This document shows positions 1-8,805 of a stretch of 64,000 nt of DNA, one piece after another. A program made the translations under genes and the position numbers. Each line of letters starts with the position of its first letter. Positions within the stretch are counted from its first letter, which is position 1. This DNA is from Vicinamibacteria bacterium (GTDB lineage Bacteria > Acidobacteriota > Vicinamibacteria > Marinacidobacterales > Marinacidobacteraceae). The stretch covers positions 288,001 through 352,000 of the forward strand of contig OZ219815.1 in assembly GCA_964291235.2 (NCBI GenBank). The letters run 5' to 3'. Below the pieces are notes generated by a model. The model did no database searches. It saw nothing but the letters and a program-made list of their open reading frames with translations, and was not told the origin of the DNA.

Positions 1-1
1 C

Positions 2-1537
2 ATCGACACCGACTGGGGCTTCAACGCGATGTGGCGGGTCTCCGCTTACGGGGTCATGCACGGGATGGAGAGCGCGAATCCCGGCGGGCGCATCAAGGTG
101 AAGCCGTTCGGGGTCGCCGGGATCACCGGCGAGGGCGAGGAGCGGGCCGGCACCGCCGATCTCGGGCTCGACGCCAAGGTGGCGCTCGGATCCAACCTGA
201 ACCTGGACATGACGGTGAACACCGACTTCGCCCAGGTGGAAGCCGACGAGCAGCAGGTGAACCTGACCCGCTTCGAACTGTTCTTCCCCGAGCAGCGCGA
301 GTTCTTCCTCGAAAACGCCGGGCTCTTCCTGGTAGGCGAGGCCAACCGGCCCTTTGAACCGCCGGAGACCTTCCTCTTCTTCAGCCGCCGGATCGGGCTC
401 TCCGAGGACGGCGAGATCATCCCGATCGTCGGCGGGGCGCGCATCACCGGCAAGCTGGGGCGGACCGATGTCGGCGCCTTTCACATCCGCCAGCAGGAGT
501 TCGAGGGGGTGTCCCCGGCGACCGGGTTCTCTGCGGTGCGCCTCCGGCGGGACGTGCTGGAGCGCAGTTCGGTCGGCGTGATGGCGCTCGACCGGACCGA
601 GTCCGGCGGCGACTCCCACCGGCTGGGCGCCGGCGACTTCTCCTGGGCGCCCACCGAGGCGGTGACGATCGGCGGCTTCGCGGCCCGGAGTTCGACGGCG
701 GGCGTCGAGGGGCGCGAGTCGGCCTTCGGGCTCAACGGCCAGGTGGGGAACGACCGCTGGAACGTCTTCACGACCTACACCGACATCGGCGAGGGGTTCC
801 GGTCGGAGATGGGGTTCGTGCCGCGGACCGGGGTCCGGAAGATGCGGGTGGACGGGCTCTGGAGCCCGCGAATCAACCGCTTCGGGATCCGACAGATCTT
901 CATGGGCCCCAACTACATCCGCATCACCGAGCCCGACGGCTCGATCCAGACGCACAACGTCGGCTTCGGCCCCTTTTTCCTCTTCAACGACGGCAGCCAG
1001 TTCTTCTTCGCGTTCTCCCGGAACACCGAGGGTCTCAGCGAGTCGTTCGAACTTCGCGACGGCGTGACCATCTCCGAGGGCCAGTACTCGACGAACGACT
1101 TCATGGCGATGACCGAGACCTCGCGGAGCCGCCCGATCTCGTTCCAGATGTTCCACCTCAACAACGGGTTCTTCGACGGCCGGCTCCGGGTGTACTCGCC
1201 GGGAGTCGCCGTCCGCCCGCACCCCCGGGTGCGGCTCCAGGTGAACTACTCGCGGAGCGAGATCCGCCTCCCGCAGGAGGACGGCGAGTTCAATACGAAC
1301 CTGGTGGTGCTGCGGGGGCTGCTGGCGCTGTCGCCCGACGCCTTCGTGCGGGGGCTCCTGCAGTGGAACGACGACGACGGAAACTTCTCCGGGAACGTCC
1401 AGCTCCGCTGGAACTACCGTCCGGGAAGCGACGTTTACCTCGTCTATAACGAGCGGCGGCCGTACGGCATGGAAAGCTCGGAACCGGCGTACCGGGAGCT
1501 GCTCGCCAAGCTGACCTGGTACTGGGTGCCGGGTTAG
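2..1537 (+). CDS. DUF5916-domain outer-membrane protein (5' truncated by window edge)
   Basis: Frame open from base 2 (IDTDWGFNAM...). Contains NTDFAQVEADEQQVNLTRFELFFPEQREFFLEN and FFSRRIGL, typical of DUF5916, and a barrel-like C-terminus (RWNYRPGSDVYLVYN...KLTWYW). Confidence 0.8.
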   Translation: MDTDWGFNAMWRVSAYGVMHGMESANPGGRIKVKPFGVAGITGEGEERAGTADLGLDAKVALGSNLNLDMTVNTDFAQVEADEQQVNLTRFELFFPEQREFFLENAGLFLVGEANRPFEPPETFLFFSRRIGLSEDGEIIPIVGGARITGKLGRTDVGAFHIRQQEFEGVSPATGFSAVRLRRDVLERSSVGVMALDRTESGGDSHRLGAGDFSWAPTEAVTIGGFAARSSTAGVEGRESAFGLNGQVGNDRWNVFTTYTDIGEGFRSEMGFVPRTGVRKMRVDGLWSPRINRFGIRQIFMGPNYIRITEPDGSIQTHNVGFGPFFLFNDGSQFFFAFSRNTEGLSESFELRDGVTISEGQYSTNDFMAMTETSRSRPISFQMFHLNNGFFDGRLRVYSPGVAVRPHPRVRLQVNYSRSEIRLPQEDGEFNTNLVVLRGLLALSPDAFVRGLLQWNDDDGNFSGNVQLRWNYRPGSDVYLVYNERRPYGMESSEPAYRELLAKLTWYWVPG

Positions 1538-1569
1538 CTCCCTCCCCGGCAACGCCGAAGGGGCAGGCC

Positions 1570-2298
1570 ATGAAGCGACTGACCGACTACCGGGTTCTGA
1601 CCTTCGACTGCTACGGGACGCTGATCGACTGGGAAACCGGAATCTGGGAGGCCCTGCAGCCCCTGATCGGACTGAACGGCGCGGCCCTCAAGCGGGCCGA
1701 AGCGCTTGGCGCTTTCGCCCGCTTCGAAGGACATCACGAGCGCGCCACCCCCGAACTCCGCTACCCGGAACTCCTCCGGCGCGTGCACCGGGATCTCGCC
1801 GCGAGCTTCGGCCTCAGGACGGACCGCGAACTCGACCGGGTCTTCGGGGCCTCGGTCCACCGCTGGCCGGCATTTCCGGACAGCGCCGCGGCGCTCGCCG
1901 TGCTGAAACGCCACTTCCGGCTGGTCATCCTGTCGAACGTGCACCGCGTGGGCATCGCCGCCTCGGCCAGGCGGCTCGGAGTCGAGTTCGACGCCTGCTA
2001 CACCGCCGAGGACATCGGCTCCTACAAGCCGTCGGACGCGAATTTCGAGTACCTGCTCGTTCACCTGAAGACGGACTTCGGGCTCGAGCGGAGGCACGTG
2101 CTCCACACCGCGCAGAGCCTCCACCACGACCACGTCCCGGCGAACCGGTTCGGGCTGGCGAGCGCCTGGATCGACCGCCAGCGGCTCTCCGAGGGCGGGG
2201 ACTGGGGCGCCACGGCCCACGTCGCGACGATGCCCAAGCTCGACTTCACGTTTTTCACGCTGGGCGAGATGGCGGACGCGGTCGCCGCGGAGATTTAG
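1570..2298 (+). CDS. HAD-superfamily hydrolase, haloacid dehalogenase type II-like
   Basis: Motif I LTFDCYGTLIDWE, ILSNV, SYKP and HTAQSLHHDHVPA. Confidence 0.88.
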   Translation: MKRLTDYRVLTFDCYGTLIDWETGIWEALQPLIGLNGAALKRAEALGAFARFEGHHERATPELRYPELLRRVHRDLAASFGLRTDRELDRVFGASVHRWPAFPDSAAALAVLKRHFRLVILSNVHRVGIAASARRLGVEFDACYTAEDIGSYKPSDANFEYLLVHLKTDFGLERRHVLHTAQSLHHDHVPANRFGLASAWIDRQRLSEGGDWGATAHVATMPKLDFTFFTLGEMADAVAAEI

Positions 2299-2408
2299 CC
2301 GGGATTTCTCATACCTCATGGCCCAAGATGCCGCGCGGATCACGTCAACCTGTTGATGATGTCGGGAGAAACGCGTCAGGCGCGGACCCCGACCGGACGG
2401 ACAGCGTG

Positions 2409-2589
2409 CAGGCACGGGAACGCCGACCTCCAGGTCGGCACAGCGGCGCGTAGCGCCGCGGGCGGTTCTTCGCCGCTCGCGCTCGCGGGGTCCTCTCCGA
2501 GAGAGGGAGCCATCCCGGCCAGCCAGGTCCGTCCCGCCGCCCGCCTACGGCGGGCTGTGCCGGCCTGGAGGCCGGCGTTCCCGTGCCTG
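2409..2589. repeat. REPIN-like element: two inverted 36-bp REP copies (2409-2444 and 2554-2589)
   Basis: caggcacgggaacgccgacctccaggtcggcacagc and its reverse complement, differing at 2 compensatory positions. Each copy holds an 8-bp hairpin. Lies between convergent genes. Confidence 0.85.
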
Positions 2590-2699
2590 TCCGACATCAA
2601 GGCTGGTCGGGTTCCCGCCGAGAGGAGAACCATCCCGCATCGATCTCTGCGCCGGAAGTATGAGAAATCCGGGCTAGGAAACACCCGGCCTCACCGGAG

Positions 2700-3566
2700 T
2701 CAGCCCAGCGCCACCCGGTCCACCACCAGCACCAGGATGAGCGCCGGCACGTAGGCAATCGATGCTCTCAGCACCCGGCGCGCGTCGGGGACCCCGCGGC
2801 TCCAGGCGAACTCGGCGGCCGCGGTCATGAACCAGATCGCGAGCGCGGCGGCGCCGACGAAGTAGAGCCAACCCGTAAGCGACAGCGCGGCCGGCCAGAG
2901 GCTCAGCGCTGCGAGCAGCACGGTGAAGAACAGCGTCTGGCGCACGGTCGAGCGGCCCGAGGGGTCCACCGCCGGGAGCATCACGAAACCCCCCTTCCCG
3001 TAGTCGTCGCGGTACATCCAGGCGAGCGGCAGGAAGTGCGCCATCTGCCAGGCGACGAGGATGGAGAACATCGCGATGCCGCCCCAGCCGACGGACCCGG
3101 TAGCCGCGGACCAGCCGCAGAGCGCGGGCAAGGCGCCCGGGACGGTACCGATCAGGGTGTTCCAGTGCGTCCGGCGCTTCAGGGGCGTGTACACGAACAG
3201 GTAGAGCAGGACCGTGAGCAGCGTCAGCCCGCCGGTCAGGAGGTTCAAGAATCCGCCCAGCAACCCGGTTCCGGCCACCGCCAGCCCGATCCCGCTGGCG
3301 AGCGCGGCCGCCGGCGAGAGGCGTCCGGACGGCAGCGGACGCCCCCGCGTCCGGCGCATGCCGGCGTCGTGATCCCGCTCGACCCAGTGGTTCAGGGCGC
3401 CCGCGCCGCCGCTCGCGAGCGTGACGCCGGCGAGCAGAAGGAGCAGCCGGCCCCAGTCGAACAGCTCCGCGGGCGCCAGCAGGAACCCTCCTGCCGACGA
3501 GAGCGCGACGACCAGCGCGATCTCGGGCTTGGTGAGTTCGAGATAGGGGGTAAGCGTGCGCGTCAA
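2700..3566 (-). CDS. ctaB: Protoheme IX farnesyltransferase (heme o synthase)
   Basis: YLELTKP, ALNHWVERDHDAGMRRTRGRPLPSG, YTPLKRRTHWNTLIG, YRDDY; UbiA family, multiple TM helices; TTG start. Confidence 0.92.
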   Translation of the reverse strand: MTRTLTPYLELTKPEIALVVALSSAGGFLLAPAELFDWGRLLLLLAGVTLASGGAGALNHWVERDHDAGMRRTRGRPLPSGRLSPAAALASGIGLAVAGTGLLGGFLNLLTGGLTLLTVLLYLFVYTPLKRRTHWNTLIGTVPGALPALCGWSAATGSVGWGGIAMFSILVAWQMAHFLPLAWMYRDDYGKGGFVMLPAVDPSGRSTVRQTLFFTVLLAALSLWPAALSLTGWLYFVGAAALAIWFMTAAAEFAWSRGVPDARRVLRASIAYVPALILVLVVDRVALG

Positions 3567-3569
3567 GGT

Positions 3570-4499
3570 TCAGCCTGCCGCGGCGGGTCTGCGGCCCCAG
3601 CGGTGGGTGGCGAGCACGGCGAGCACCGCACCGGCCATCAGGAAAGCGCCGACCACCGCGTGCGAGGTGTTCACCACCGCCTGCAGGTTGCTCGGCTGCA
3701 GCATCCCGGCGTCGTCCAGGGTCACGAAGTACGCGGTCAGCCCGAGAATCAGTTGCACGTCCACCAGGCCGGCGAGGACCCAGGCCCCCCGGTAGAGCAC
3801 GCGCGCATCCCGATGCTCGCTCCAGACCCGGAGCAGAAAAGCCGCGACCACGGCGGCGACCAGGACCGCCCCGGCGATGTGGAGGCCGACCAGCAGGGGA
3901 TGGATGCCGGTGCCCGGGTGGCGAAGCAGCGCGCCGAGGATGATCTGGAACCAGACGGCGCCGGGGACGGCCAGCGCGAGCCGCCAGAGCCGGACGTCCC
4001 GGTTTTCAGCCGTCCCCCCGGCGCCCTGCCACCAGTGCGAGGTGAATACCGCCATCGCCACGATCAGGCCGAGGAAGAGTTGCGCGGTCGCGGCGTGGAT
4101 CACCGCCAGGTCGAGCGACAGCCACACCACCCGAAGCCCGCCCAGCAGGCCCTGGAAGGACACCAGGGCCAGCGCGCCGACCGCGAGCCAGCGCAGCCAG
4201 CGCCGGGACTCGGCGAACCAGGTCCACACCGCGAGCACCGTGGTCAGCAGTCCGACCAGCATCCCGAGGAGCCGGTGGCCGTGCTCCGCGAGGAGCGGCG
4301 TGATCCGCCACCACCCCGGCCAGGGGTTGAAGGGGTCGTAGGAGTCGTAGGACGAGGGCCAGTCGGGAACGGCCAGACCGGCCTCGATGCTGGTGACGAA
4401 CGCGCCCCACCCCATGAGCACGAGCGTGGCCAGGGCGGTCAGGACGGTGAAGCGGCGCCGCCACCGCATGTGGGCTGACCCGTCCGAAGTTCTCACCAT
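3570..4499 (-). CDS. ctaA: COX15/CtaA family heme A synthase
   Basis: GAFVTSIEAGLAVPDWP, EHGHRLLG, QGLLGGLRV, conserved His residues; directly upstream of ctaB. Confidence 0.88.
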   Translation of the reverse strand: MVRTSDGSAHMRWRRRFTVLTALATLVLMGWGAFVTSIEAGLAVPDWPSSYDSYDPFNPWPGWWRITPLLAEHGHRLLGMLVGLLTTVLAVWTWFAESRRWLRWLAVGALALVSFQGLLGGLRVVWLSLDLAVIHAATAQLFLGLIVAMAVFTSHWWQGAGGTAENRDVRLWRLALAVPGAVWFQIILGALLRHPGTGIHPLLVGLHIAGAVLVAAVVAAFLLRVWSEHRDARVLYRGAWVLAGLVDVQLILGLTAYFVTLDDAGMLQPSNLQAVVNTSHAVVGAFLMAGAVLAVLATHRWGRRPAAAG

Positions 4500-4568
4500 T
4501 TGGAGGCCGCCGAACGATAGCGGGGACGGCGCTCGGCGCCGAGCCTCCGAATCAGAAAGCTCTGCGTC

Positions 4569-5063
4569 TCAACCCCGCCGCCGGTAGAACGCGATCAGGT
4601 CCTGGCTCCGGGGGGGCTCGGCGCCGAGCTGGCGCAGCATCGTCGTCACCTGCCCCCGGTGGAAGCTCCCGTGGTTCACGATCTGTTGCAGCATGTGCGA
4701 GAAGACCGAGCCGGTCGGCCGCCCGCGATGGACGTAGTCGATCACCCGGTCCACGCCATCCGCTCCGAGCCCTCCCAGGAACGCCCGCACCCGCCGCTCT
4801 TCCTCGCTCCAGCGCGCACGAACGTCCTCCACCGTCTCGAAATCGTCGGCGGTCAGTTGCCCGTCCGGGGTGGTTCCCTCCCAGCGCGAACACCAGAACC
4901 ATTCAGCGAACACCAGGTGCACGAGCGTGTCGCGGATGGAGCCGAAGCTGTTCCCGAGATCCCGGCGGAACTCCTCGGGAGTGAGCCGTTCGACCGCGTC
5001 CAGCGCGCGGTCACGCGCCCAGTAGTGATAGTCGAGGAGGGTGGTCAGGTCTTCGTGCGTCAT
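4569..5063 (-). CDS. DinB family protein
   Basis: SFGSIRDTLVHLVFAE and NHGSFHRGQVTTMLRQLG metal-binding His motifs. Confidence 0.88.
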   Translation of the reverse strand: MTHEDLTTLLDYHYWARDRALDAVERLTPEEFRRDLGNSFGSIRDTLVHLVFAEWFWCSRWEGTTPDGQLTADDFETVEDVRARWSEEERRVRAFLGGLGADGVDRVIDYVHRGRPTGSVFSHMLQQIVNHGSFHRGQVTTMLRQLGAEPPRSQDLIAFYRRRG

Positions 5064-5122
5064 GCCGCCAGCGTACCGCCGGCCGAACTCCGGCCCGATC
5101 GACTCCGATACCGTAGGGGGCC

Positions 5123-5725
5123 GTGACCTGGGCCCAGCTCCTCGCCTTCAATGTCACCCTGCTCGTCGCGATGGCGACCCCCGGTCCGGCGCTGCTCGTC
5201 GCGGTCCAGACGAACCTGAGCACGGGGCGCCGCGGCGGGATCGCGGTGGGCGCCGGCCTCGGCCTGGTGGCCGCGACCTGGACGCTGATGGCCCTGATCG
5301 GGTTCGCGGCGATCTTCGAGCTGTTTCCGGCCGTGTACGTGGGGGCGAAGACCGCGGGCGCCGTGTACCTCCTCTACCTCGCCTACCGGATGTGGCGGGA
5401 CGCCTCCACCCCGGTCGGCACGTTGCCCGAGCCGGCGCGCCGCGCGTTCCGGCACGGCCTCCTCATCAATCTCTTCAACCCGAAAGCAGTCCTCTTCGCG
5501 GCGGCGGTTCTGATCGCGATCTTCCCGGGCGGCCTGAGCCTCGGAAACAGTGTGGCGATCGCGCTGAACCACCTCCTGATCGAACTCTCGTTCTACACGG
5601 CGCTCGCCGTGTGTCTCAACACCGAGGCGGTCACCGGCCGCTACCTCCGCGCCCGGACCTGGATCGACCGGGGCGCGGCGGCGGTGCTCGGCGCGCTGGG
5701 ACTGCGGATCCTGCTCAGCCGCTGA
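5123..5725 (+). CDS. LysE/RhtB family translocator
   Basis: TPGP, GAVYLLYLAY, FRHGLLINLFNPKAVLF; about 6 TM helices; GTG start. Confidence 0.9.
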   Translation: MTWAQLLAFNVTLLVAMATPGPALLVAVQTNLSTGRRGGIAVGAGLGLVAATWTLMALIGFAAIFELFPAVYVGAKTAGAVYLLYLAYRMWRDASTPVGTLPEPARRAFRHGLLINLFNPKAVLFAAAVLIAIFPGGLSLGNSVAIALNHLLIELSFYTALAVCLNTEAVTGRYLRARTWIDRGAAAVLGALGLRILLSR

Positions 5726-5737
5726 CGCCGGGCCACC

Positions 5738-6520
5738 ATGAGCTCATTCCCGACCCGCTACGGGAGGTGGGCGGTGGTGGCGGGCGCTTCGGAGGGACTC
5801 GGCGAGGCCTTCGCCGCGGCGCTCGCCGAACGGGGCATGAACGTGGTGATGGTGGCGCGCCGCGGCCGCATCCTGGAGGCGATCGGAGAGCGGCTCGCCG
5901 CCGAGCACGGGGTCGAGGTCCGCAGCCTGGAACTCGATCTTTCCGACCCGGGGTTCCCGGAGACCCTGAAGGACGCCACCCGCGACCTCGACCTCGGGGT
6001 GCTCGTCTATAACGCCGCCTTCGTGCCGATGGGCCCGTTCCTCGACCACGACGAAACCGCCATCGAGCAAGCGGTGGACGTCAACGTCCGCGGGCCGCTG
6101 CGGCTGGTGCGGGCGCTCGCGCCGGTGCTCAAGGAGCGCGGCCGGGGCGCGGTCGTGCTCATGTCCTCGCTGTCCGGCCTGCAGGGGTCGCCCCGCATCT
6201 CCTTGTACGCGGCCACCAAGGCGTTCAACACGATCTTCGCCGAGGGCCTCTGGTACGAGCTGGCGCCCTACGGAATCGAGGTAGCCGCCTGCGTCTCCGG
6301 CGCGGTCCCCACTCCCGGCTACCTGGAGCGCTTCAAGCGCGAGGCGCCCGGCATGCTGTCGGCCGACGAGGCCGTCCGCCAGACCCTCGACCGGCTCGGC
6401 AAGGGGCCGCGCATCGTCCCGGGGCGGTTCAACCGGTTCGCACACCAGCTCGTGAGGCGCCTCCTGCCCCGCCGGACGGCGATCCGCCTCCTCGCGAAGA
6501 GCACGACGCACGTGGGATGA
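5738..6520 (+). CDS. Classical SDR oxidoreductase (17beta-HSD/ketoacyl reductase-like)
   Basis: AGASEGLG Rossmann motif, VYNAA, YAATK catalytic motif; ATGA overlap with next gene. Confidence 0.88.
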   Translation: MSSFPTRYGRWAVVAGASEGLGEAFAAALAERGMNVVMVARRGRILEAIGERLAAEHGVEVRSLELDLSDPGFPETLKDATRDLDLGVLVYNAAFVPMGPFLDHDETAIEQAVDVNVRGPLRLVRALAPVLKERGRGAVVLMSSLSGLQGSPRISLYAATKAFNTIFAEGLWYELAPYGIEVAACVSGAVPTPGYLERFKREAPGMLSADEAVRQTLDRLGKGPRIVPGRFNRFAHQLVRRLLPRRTAIRLLAKSTTHVG

Positions 6521-7599
6521 CCGATCTGCTGGTCGGGTTCTTCGCGCCCTGGGCGGTGTTCGCCGGGATCTTCGCGCTGCACCTCGTGCTGCCGGCGCGC
6601 CGGGTGCCGGGCTACGTGCGGGATGAACGGACGGGCGAATTCCTGCGCTATCGCCTCAACGGCCCGCGGGTGTTCCTGGTCACCGTGGGCGCGTGGTTCG
6701 CCGCCGGGGCGAACGGCGTCATGCCCTGGGACTGGCTCTGGCAGCACCGCTGGTCCGGCGCGGCGGGCGCGATGACCCTGGGCCTCGTGGTTTCCGCCGC
6801 CGTGGTGCTGACCGCGCCCGGAGGCACGGGCGCCCTGCTCCGGGAGCTCTACCTCGGACGCCGGGTCAACCCGCAGCCGTTCGGCGGCCGCGCCGACGCC
6901 AAGATGTTCCTCTACCTGGCGGGCGCCGTGCTGCTGGAGCTGAACCTCCTCTCCTTCGCCGCCCACCATGTCCTCAGTTATCCGGACGACCCGTCTCCGG
7001 GAATCGTGCTCTACGTCGCGCTGTTCACGTGGTTCGTCGGCGACTACCTCGTCTTCGAGCGCGTCCACCTCTATACCTACGACCTCTTCGCGGAGCGGGT
7101 GGGGTTCAAGCTCGTGTGGGGCTGCCTTTGCTGGTATCCGTACTTCTATGGCGTGGGACTGTGGTCGGTGGCGGATCTCCCGAACCCGGAGGCGCCGAGC
7201 TGGCTGCTGGCCCTTGCCGCCGCCCTCTTCTTCGCCGGCTGGACGCTGTCCCGGGGCGCGAACCTCCAGAAGTTCCACTTCAAGCGGGACCCCGCGAGGA
7301 GTTTTCTCGGAATCCGGCCGCGGACTCTCGGGGAGGGCGAACGCCGCCTGCTCGTCAGCGGCTTCTGGGGCGTGTCACGTCATGTCAATTACTCGGGTGA
7401 AATCCTCATGGCGGTCGGCCTGGCGCTCGCGCTGGGACGGCCGGGGATGCTCGGGCCGTGGCTCTATCCGCTCTACTACCTAGCGCTCCTCGTCCCGCGG
7501 GAGCGCGACGACGACCGGCGCTGCGCGGCCAAGTACGGTTCGCTCTGGGAGCGGTACCGGAAGGAGGTGCCCTGGCGCATCGCGCCACGGATCTATTGA
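6517..7599 (+). CDS. ERG4/ERG24 family sterol reductase (Delta14/Delta7/Delta24 reductase-like)
   Basis: YRLNG, ERVGFKLVWG, GANLQKFHFK, LLVSGFWGVSRHVNYSGEILMA and RERDDDRRCAAKYG..WERYRKEVPWRIAPRIY match sterol reductase signatures; polytopic membrane protein. Confidence 0.85.
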   Translation: MTDLLVGFFAPWAVFAGIFALHLVLPARRVPGYVRDERTGEFLRYRLNGPRVFLVTVGAWFAAGANGVMPWDWLWQHRWSGAAGAMTLGLVVSAAVVLTAPGGTGALLRELYLGRRVNPQPFGGRADAKMFLYLAGAVLLELNLLSFAAHHVLSYPDDPSPGIVLYVALFTWFVGDYLVFERVHLYTYDLFAERVGFKLVWGCLCWYPYFYGVGLWSVADLPNPEAPSWLLALAAALFFAGWTLSRGANLQKFHFKRDPARSFLGIRPRTLGEGERRLLVSGFWGVSRHVNYSGEILMAVGLALALGRPGMLGPWLYPLYYLALLVPRERDDDRRCAAKYGSLWERYRKEVPWRIAPRIY

Positions 7600-7608
7600 G
7601 GAGGGTCG

Positions 7609-8805
7609 ATGAGAAAACTCGCAATCGGACTGCTGGGGCTCTTCCGGCGAGCGTCCCTGCTGATGCTCCGGCTGCGGGGGAAGACACCGGCGGACGCCGC
7701 CGCCGAGCGGGTGGTCACTGGCCGGGCGTGGGACGAGTTCTGCGACACGTTGAAGGCCGCCGGGGCGGCGCTCCACTACCCCGGCGCTCCCCGGAATGCG
7801 TTCGACCAGGCGGAGGGCTACCGCTATCTGAGCCGGCTGACCCGCGCCGGGCTCATGGCGTTCGTAGAGCACGCCGACCCGCGGGCGCCGGTGCTCCACC
7901 GGGTGGCAAACGAGACGGTCAAGCTGGGCAGCGACAACCCCGACAACCACTACCAGACGGCCGCCATCCGCGGCGATTGGGACTACCGGATCTCGGGCCG
8001 GCGGAACACCGTCCGGTATCTCGGCTTCGGCACCCAGGCGGGGCACTACGGACAGGGTGGCGGGCTGCCGCCGACGGGCTACGTCGAGGCCAGCGAACTC
8101 GAGATCGGCGCCGACGGCCGCTTCGAGCTGGTCGTCAGCAGCCGGCCCCACGAGGGGAACTGGCTCCCCATGACCCCGGAGACCCGGACGCTGATCGTCC
8201 GTCAGACGTTCCTCGACCGCGAGACCGAAACCCCGGCCGACCTGCGCATCGAGCGGATCGGGTGCCCGGACGACGAAAGGCGCCCCGGTCCCCTGACTCC
8301 CGAAAAGCTCGACGAGGGCCTGAAGTCCGCCGGCACCCTGGTGGCGGGCGCCGCGATGCTCTTCGCGAAGTGGGCCCGCGGCTTCCAGAAGCACACGAAC
8401 ACCCTGCCCCGGTTCGATCCGGAGGTTTCCCTCAAGGCGGGCGGCGACCCGAACATCGCGTATTTCCACAGTCACTGGGCGCTCGCCGCGGACGAAGCGC
8501 TGGTGATCGAGACGACGCCGCCCGCGTGCGAACACTGGAACTTCCAGGTGAACAACTACTGGATGGAGTCGCTGGACTACCGCCACCACCGGGTCCACAC
8601 CAACAAGCACCTCGCGCACGCCGAGGGGGACGGCTCGGTGCGCCTCGTTGTCGCCCACGAGGATCCCGGGCTCCCGAACTGGCTGGAGACCGCCGGCCAC
8701 ACCTCGGGCACCATGTGCTTTCGCTGGATCCGGGCGGACGAACACCCCGAGCCGCGGACCCGGGTGGTGAAGCTGGCGGAGCTACGCGCGGAATCCGGGC
8801 CGTGA
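7609..8805 (+). CDS. DUF1214-domain protein (sulfotransferase-associated type)
   Basis: AEGYRYLSRL, KLGSDNPDNHY, LIVRQTFLDR, WNFQVNNYWMESLDYR, DPGLPNWLETAGH; GAGGAGG RBS. Confidence 0.8.
   Translation: MRKLAIGLLGLFRRASLLMLRLRGKTPADAAAERVVTGRAWDEFCDTLKAAGAALHYPGAPRNAFDQAEGYRYLSRLTRAGLMAFVEHADPRAPVLHRVANETVKLGSDNPDNHYQTAAIRGDWDYRISGRRNTVRYLGFGTQAGHYGQGGGLPPTGYVEASELEIGADGRFELVVSSRPHEGNWLPMTPETRTLIVRQTFLDRETETPADLRIERIGCPDDERRPGPLTPEKLDEGLKSAGTLVAGAAMLFAKWARGFQKHTNTLPRFDPEVSLKAGGDPNIAYFHSHWALAADEALVIETTPPACEHWNFQVNNYWMESLDYRHHRVHTNKHLAHAEGDGSVRLVVAHEDPGLPNWLETAGHTSGTMCFRWIRADEHPEPRTRVVKLAELRAESGP

Noticed and set aside
7458-8801. 873-aa ORF suggesting a long N-terminal extension of the sulfotransferase
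   Set aside because: The extension is an off-frame shadow of the DUF1214 gene; the real start is the GTG at 8802.
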